This document shows positions 59,606 to 64,000 of a stretch of DNA of 64,000 nt, piece by piece (position 1 is the stretch's first letter; the number at the start of each line of letters is the position of its first letter). A program made the translations under genes and the position numbers. Below the pieces are notes generated by a model. That model did not search any database and was not told where the DNA came from. It was given only the letters and a program-made list of their open reading frames with translations. This DNA is from Holophagae bacterium (GTDB lineage: Bacteria > Acidobacteriota > Thermoanaerobaculia > Thermoanaerobaculales > Sulfomarinibacteraceae). The DNA is taken from assembly GCA_003105185.1 (NCBI GenBank), contig PQAJ01000245.1, forward strand, positions 35,253 through 99,252. The letters are read 5' to 3'.

Positions 59606-59639
59606 GGGGGGAGGGCAAGGGCAGGGAAAGGGGGGCGGG
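59606..59639 (+). other. G-run cluster (G6-A-G3-CAA-G3-CA-G3-AAA-G6-C-G3), a potential G-quadruplex/i-motif in the nuoA-tcmP divergent region
   Basis: gagatGGGGGGaGGGcaaGGGcaGGGaaaGGGGGGcGGGa. Confidence 0.4.
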
Positions 59640-59671
59640 AGCGGCCAGAGGGATTGACACATTTGTTCTGA

Positions 59672-60592
59672 ATGAGCCATATTCGTGCCGCTGCACAACA
59701 AGGAGAGCGGCCATGGCAAAGACGGGGCACAGACTACACCGGGTTAAACCGCCAATTAGCGTGGGCGGATGACGGTCGCCCGGTGCGATCCGTCGGAGGT
59801 TGGACCCGGGACAAGTTGGCGCTCCTGGCGTACTACCTTCCGGCATTCGCGAAGCTCTGCACCGACAAGGTCGGCGGCTGGTACTACCTCGATGGCTTCG
59901 CGGCGAATGGAGTCAACCGCACACAAGAATTCCCTTTAGCGAAGGGGACAGCGCTGATCGGCCTCTCGCAATCACCGCCGCCCACCAAGGCCCTGCTGAT
60001 CGAGCGGAACCACGATGATGTCGAGACGCTCCGCGCTCGAAGCATCCCATTTCTTACAGAGACGCTGGTCTTGGAGGGAGACGCAAACGAACTGATTCCG
60101 AAGCAACTGGCTTTCTTCGACCTCCCCCACCTTCCGGGCTTCTGCGTTCTGGACCCTGAAGGATTGGAACTCGACTGGACGACAATTCAGGCGTGTGCAG
60201 AGCACCGGCGCGGTCGCACGCCGTACGAACTCCTCATCTATTTCTCAACGCCGGGAGCCGCACGCACGGGCGCCGTCCAAGCTGCCGGGTATGTAGAGAA
60301 GACCGAAGCGCGATTGCAGCGGCTCTTTGGTAACGAATCATGGCGTGAGGTGGCGCAGCAGCAAGGCCGCCGGGTACTGGCGCCCGGGGAGGCCAGCAAC
60401 TTGTATCTCTCGATGTATGAATCGCAGCTCAGAAACCTCGGCTACACCACCGTCTTGAGTCGTCCATCGCTTCGTCAGGATGGAGTCCTCGTGTATCACA
60501 TGGTCTTCGCGTCAGCTAACGAGGCGGGCGCAAGCATAATGGCCAGCGCATTCAAGCGTGCGTACGGAAGCCAGGTTCCGCTTCAATTCTAG
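59672..60592 (+). CDS. tcmP: three-Cys-motif partner protein TcmP-like
   Basis: The pattern ..GGWTRDKLALLAYYLPAFAKL..WYYLDGFAANG..LIERN..VLEGDANE..FCVLDPEG.. matches my recollection of the TcmP family, which pairs with DUF5131/Gp37-Gp68 proteins. The start (ATG at 59672) is uncertain. Confidence 0.7.
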   Translation: MSHIRAAAQQGERPWQRRGTDYTGLNRQLAWADDGRPVRSVGGWTRDKLALLAYYLPAFAKLCTDKVGGWYYLDGFAANGVNRTQEFPLAKGTALIGLSQSPPPTKALLIERNHDDVETLRARSIPFLTETLVLEGDANELIPKQLAFFDLPHLPGFCVLDPEGLELDWTTIQACAEHRRGRTPYELLIYFSTPGAARTGAVQAAGYVEKTEARLQRLFGNESWREVAQQQGRRVLAPGEASNLYLSMYESQLRNLGYTTVLSRPSLRQDGVLVYHMVFASANEAGASIMASAFKRAYGSQVPLQF

Positions 60593-61318
60593 CTAAGCCG
60601 GCATGGCGTCCCACGTCCGCCCGTGTAACAACCGCCCCGCCCGGCTCTTGCCAACCCGCCGTCCGTTGCAGTCGTGCGCGCCCCACTGCTTGAAGAAGAA
60701 GGCAACACCTGCATCCTCGCACTGCCGCCGGATCGACTCCGCCCACTCTTCCTTCATCGGTCGCGCCTTTGGACCTGACTCTCCGCCGACGATCACCCAG
60801 CGGATCCCACTCAGATCGAGCCGGAGTGGTCCCAGAAGCGGTTCGCAACTCAGGAACCGCACCGTGGCGGGAGTCTCCCGGAGCGCATCAACGCGGTGCA
60901 CCCAGCGTTGATTCTCGACGGACGTGCCCATCCAGATGTTCTCGGTCCATGTGAGTTCCCGCGTGAGCGCCGCCGCACGCTCGGGGCGCTTGGTGAGCAC
61001 CTGGAAGCTATGCCACCACGCCCGATTCATCGTCTCGAACACGGACGCGATGTACTCGTCGGGTACCTCTTCGTGGAACAGGTCGCTCATCGAGTTCACA
61101 AAGATGAGCCGCCCGCGCTTCCACTGCAGCGGCAGTTCGAGTCGCTCAGGCCGGAGTTGCAGGTCGAAGCCGTTCTCATAGGGGTGGCCCGGCACCCCCC
61201 GGAAGCGTTCCGCGAACGTCTCCGCGTAGCAATGGGCACAACCCGGGCTGACCTTCGTGCAACCCGTGACCGGATTCCAGGTCGCCTGCGTCCACTCGAT
61301 CGCCGAACCGTCGCTCAT
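60593..61318 (-). CDS. phage Gp37/Gp68-family protein (DUF5131) with a three-Cys motif
   Basis: MSDGSAIEWTQATWNPVTGCTKVSPGCAHCYA.. is the canonical DUF5131 N-terminus (C-x6-C-x2-C). RBS GGGAGG. The stop abuts the tcmP stop (TAG|CTA, zero spacer). Confidence 0.88.
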   Translation of the reverse strand: MSDGSAIEWTQATWNPVTGCTKVSPGCAHCYAETFAERFRGVPGHPYENGFDLQLRPERLELPLQWKRGRLIFVNSMSDLFHEEVPDEYIASVFETMNRAWWHSFQVLTKRPERAAALTRELTWTENIWMGTSVENQRWVHRVDALRETPATVRFLSCEPLLGPLRLDLSGIRWVIVGGESGPKARPMKEEWAESIRRQCEDAGVAFFFKQWGAHDCNGRRVGKSRAGRLLHGRTWDAMPA

Positions 61319-61410
61319 GGAGGGCCTCCCATGATGTTCACATTCGCGCCGCCATTATGATCGATCTCTCGACTACCGCTTTCTCTCACACAATGTTCTC
61401 TGGCGGATAA

Positions 61411-61422
61411 GAACATATGTTC
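61411..61422. promoter_or_regulatory. perfect GAAC-N4-GTTC palindrome (SOS-box-like)
   Basis: ataaGAACATATGTTCcacg, 93 nt upstream of the DUF5131 ATG (61318). Confidence 0.4.
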
Positions 61423-61561
61423 CACGCGGGGTCGACACCCCGTGTCGCTTCCCACTGTGCCACCTCCCCCTTGTAGCTCCCACCACCACCCCAAACGCTG
61501 CCCCCATGCGACCAGCCCTCGGCGGCCCGGCAATAGCCGTGCAATCGCCATGTGCACAAGC

Positions 61562-61618
61562 GAACGCACGCCAACGCACGTGCGCCGGCCATGCGTTCCC
61601 GTGCGTTGGAATGCGTCC
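61562..61618. repeat. imperfect long inverted repeat built from five ACGCA/TGCGT units
   Basis: GAACGCACGCCAACGCACG-N19-CGTGCGTTGGAATGCGTCC. The inner 10-nt arms CCAACGCACG/CGTGCGTTGG are perfect. Confidence 0.4.
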
Positions 61619-61744
61619 CCCGTGTGGGCTGGTGCGTCCTGGCGCTGCTCCGAGCCCGCCCTGGTTACGCTCCCTCGCTTAGCCACCCATCACAGTGTGA
61701 CGTCGTTCGCGGTTCCCCTTCGCTGCCACCCCGGACACTGGAAC

Positions 61745-61823
61745 GGCGGCGGCACGGCCCGCGATCCCCGCTTCCCGGATGCTCCTGTCGTCCCGGCTTC
61801 GCGCCGGGAGCCGTGCCGCCGCC
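61745..61823 (+). other. nested stem structure (14-bp outer stem enclosing a 7-bp hairpin) in the putative 5' leader of the hydrolase-cyclase gene
   Basis: GGCGGCGGCACGGC (61745-61758) is perfectly complementary to GCCGTGCCGCCGCC (61810-61823). The inner hairpin is TCCCGGC-ttcgc-GCCGGGA (61791-61809). Confidence 0.35.
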
Positions 61824-61919
61824 CGTCATCGGAACAATTTCCATCCGGCCGTCGTTAGGCCCGCGGAACAGGCCGGTGGCCAGGGTTGTTTACACGGTCC
61901 CGCAAAATTGGGGGCAGCG

Positions 61920-63356
61920 ATGGAGGCGACAATAAGTTACGATTCCGCCGCGAGGTTCTCTCCGCCTCAGCCTTCCACCACGGGCCGTCACATGCTGCCC
62001 CGCATCCAGTACGCCCAGGCGCCCGACCGGGTCTCCATCGCATTTTGGGCGGTCGGCGATGGCGTGCCCTTGCTGGTGATGTACCCACCCGGCTTCAGCA
62101 ACATCCAGTACGAATGGGAGATGCCCGAGTCCTCCCGCGTCTACGAGGCCGCCCGGGGCTGGGCAACCGTGATCCGCTTCGACCACCGCAACAACGGCCT
62201 CTCCGAACGGGGCGTCGCGGATGTCTCCCTCGAGGGGTTCTCGAAGGACCTCGAAGGCGTCCTGAACCGGCTCGACCTGGGCCGCGCCCACATCGTCGCT
62301 GGCACTGATTGCGGGAAGGTCGCCATCCAGTTCGCCGCCCACAACCCCGGGCGCGTTGCCTCGCTCACGCTCTTCCGCACCAACCCTGGCCCCGGCAGTT
62401 CGGCCGCCGCGCCCGAGTGGACCAGCCTGCGGCCCGTGCTCGAAAAGGACTGGCACCTGTTCACCGACCTCCTGGCTACGGCCATCAACGGCCTGGACGA
62501 CGGCGAACAGACCGCCCGGGTCGCCCGCTACATCCGCGAGAGCGTCAATGCCGAGGAATTCGTGGCTGCCAACGATTCGCTCGCCCAGGCCGATGTTCGT
62601 CCCCTGCTGCCTTCCATTCGCTGCCCGGTCCTCGTCCTCCACCGGATGGATTCGCCCTTCTTCGCCATCGAGCGCGCCCGGGGCCTGGTCGGGGCCATCC
62701 CCGATGCGCGCCTCTCGGTGCTGCCGGGGAAGTCGCCGTTCGCCTGGGATGACCCGGTCGTCGAGGCCGTCCGGTCGTTCGTCCTCGAAGTCGCCTCGGC
62801 CGAGAACCGGGCGCGCTTCGGCGTGCGCAGCGGCACCTCGTTCCGGACCATCCTCTTCACCGACATCGAAAAACACAACGAACTCATCCGGCTGCTGGGC
62901 GACCACCTCGGCCGCCAGGTCTTGCGCGAACACGAGCGCATCACCCGTGAGGCCCTGCGCGCACACGGCGGCAGCGAAGTGAAGTCCATGGGCGATGGGT
63001 TCCTCGCGTCGTTCAACTCGACCCAGAAAGCGCTCGAGTGCGCGATCGCGCTGCAACGCTCGCTGGCGGCCGAGAACCTCGGCGCCGGCCTCTCCGGCCC
63101 GCTGAGCGAGGGCCTCCGCGTCCGCGTCGGCATCAACGCCGGCGAACCGATCGCCGAGGACGCCGACCTCTTCGGTACCGCCGTCATCGCCGCCGCCCGG
63201 ATCGCTTCCCTCGCGGCCGGCGGCGAAATCCTCGTCGCCAACGTGGTCCGCGAGCTGGTCGCCGGGAAGGGCTTCCTCTTCAGCGACCGGGGCGAACAGG
63301 CCCTCCGCGGGCTCGAAGACCCGGTCCGCCTCTGGGACCTGCGCTGGCAGGAGTGA
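61920..63356 (+). CDS. alpha/beta-hydrolase domain fused to a class III adenylate/guanylate cyclase domain
   Basis: The N-terminal half is ..VSIAFWAVGDGVPLLVM..HIVAGTDCGKVAIQFAA... The C-terminal half is ..FRTILFTDIEKHNEL..KSMGDGFLASF..VRVGINAGEP..DLFGTAVIAAARI.. (CYC motifs). The start is 61920 or 61992. Confidence 0.85.
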   Translation: MEATISYDSAARFSPPQPSTTGRHMLPRIQYAQAPDRVSIAFWAVGDGVPLLVMYPPGFSNIQYEWEMPESSRVYEAARGWATVIRFDHRNNGLSERGVADVSLEGFSKDLEGVLNRLDLGRAHIVAGTDCGKVAIQFAAHNPGRVASLTLFRTNPGPGSSAAAPEWTSLRPVLEKDWHLFTDLLATAINGLDDGEQTARVARYIRESVNAEEFVAANDSLAQADVRPLLPSIRCPVLVLHRMDSPFFAIERARGLVGAIPDARLSVLPGKSPFAWDDPVVEAVRSFVLEVASAENRARFGVRSGTSFRTILFTDIEKHNELIRLLGDHLGRQVLREHERITREALRAHGGSEVKSMGDGFLASFNSTQKALECAIALQRSLAAENLGAGLSGPLSEGLRVRVGINAGEPIAEDADLFGTAVIAAARIASLAAGGEILVANVVRELVAGKGFLFSDRGEQALRGLEDPVRLWDLRWQE

Positions 63357-63408
63357 CCGGGGGCGCTGACGGCCCCTTACCTGCGTTCTTGGTACCTTCA
63401 TCCCCGAT

Positions 63409-64000
63409 ATGAAACGACTACTCACCGGGCTGGCTGCCGCCAGCCTGTTTGCCGTCCTCTGGCTGGCGCCCACCGCCACCCCGGCCACCGGCGCCCCATG
63501 GGGCATCAACTGGGAGCCCTGCGGCGGGCGGGTCGAATGCGCCACCTTCGATGTGCCCCTCGACTACGCCAACCCCTCCGGGAGCACCATCGAACTGTCC
63601 CTCATCCGCATCCCGGCCAGGGACGCATCGCAGCGCATCGGCGTCCTCATGGCGAACCCGGGCGGACCCGGCGCGTCGGCGATCGAGTTCACCCGCATCT
63701 GGGCGAACCTCCTTTCGAACGACATCCGCAACCGCTTCGACATCGTCGCGTTCGACCCCCGTGGCGTGGGCGAGAGCACGCCCATTGTCTGCCACGACCG
63801 CCTCCAGGAACTGATCGCCTTCGACCCGGACCCCGACAATGACGCGGAGTGGGATGAGGCGAAGCGCATCTCGCGGCTCTTCGCCGAAGACTGCGCGAAG
63901 GAGTACGGCGACATCCTTCCCCACCTGGGCACGAAGAATGTCGCACGCGACATGGACGCGATCCGTGCCGCCCTCGGCGAGGAGAAACTGAACTACGTCG
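63409..64000 (+). CDS. secreted alpha/beta hydrolase (tripeptidyl-aminopeptidase/TAP-like), 5' part, runs off the window
   Basis: Not in the ORF track because it has no stop. The ATG at 63409 gives MKRLLTGLAAASLFAVLWLAPTATPATG (signal peptide), then ..CATFDVPLDYANPSGSTIELSLIRIPA..GVLMANPGGPGASAIEF... Confidence 0.75.
   Translation, partial: MKRLLTGLAAASLFAVLWLAPTATPATGAPWGINWEPCGGRVECATFDVPLDYANPSGSTIELSLIRIPARDASQRIGVLMANPGGPGASAIEFTRIWANLLSNDIRNRFDIVAFDPRGVGESTPIVCHDRLQELIAFDPDPDNDAEWDEAKRISRLFAEDCAKEYGDILPHLGTKNVARDMDAIRAALGEEKLNYV

Noticed and set aside
59654-59659. Consensus TTGACA -35 hexamer upstream of tcmP
   Set aside because: It lies only 12 nt before the ORF-track ATG (59672), and the best -10 candidate (CATATT) would fall inside the ORF. 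It therefore either marks a promoter for a shorter TcmP with an unclear start or is fortuitous. I did not call it. The well-placed ATG after AAGGAGAG (59713) is out of frame and opens only a 19-codon ORF.
61315-61686. 123-aa minus-strand ORF upstream of the DUF5131 gene
   Set aside because: There is no RBS and the composition is Gly/Arg/Trp/His-rich. It runs across the SOS-box-like palindrome and the apparent DUF5131 promoter. I treated the region as non-coding regulatory DNA.

Overview
This is a gene-dense, high-G+C (by eye roughly 65-70%) bacterial chromosomal segment. Strong GGAGG-type ribosome-binding sites and many ATGA/GTGA/TGATG stop-start overlaps indicate operons. The gene content (F420-type luciferase-like oxidoreductase, tungsten-type aldehyde:ferredoxin oxidoreductase, Uma2, an 11-gene nuo operon) suggests Chloroflexota or Actinomycetota, but I cannot assign a taxon without a search.

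The core content is:
- a complete nuoABCDHIJKLMN operon on the minus strand (48.3-59.4 kb), with no nuoE/F/G
- two P-type ATPases
- ruvB
- an Opp/Dpp-type ABC importer and an ABC-2 exporter
- an AOR-MoaD cluster
- assorted hydrolases and lipoproteins

Small accessory modules are interspersed: MazEF, HicAB plus an orphan HicB, VapBC, Fic, a Dam-like methyltransferase next to Uma2, a tandem DUF488 cassette, and a TcmP plus DUF5131 (phage Gp37/Gp68) pair.

The observations most worth a second look are:
1. Two genes are split by an in-frame TGA at a redox-motif position, each followed by a hairpin (CPF-U in an AhpD-like protein, and U-GSC). These are probably selenoproteins.
2. NuoI is 533 aa and carries a roughly 370-aa C-terminal extension built of tandem repeats.
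3. GAAC-N4-GTTC SOS-box-like palindromes sit upstream of the DUF488 cassette and the DUF5131 gene, and a one-mismatch version overlaps the ruvB promoter.
4. HicAB is translationally coupled between two paralogous glycosyltransferases.
5. The fic gene has twin AT-rich palindromic operators.

I recognised no rRNA, tRNA, CRISPR array, transposase or integrase. All family names come from motif recognition by eye, with no homology search. The many long Arg/Pro/Gly-rich ORFs antisense to real genes are treated as GC-driven shadow ORFs.
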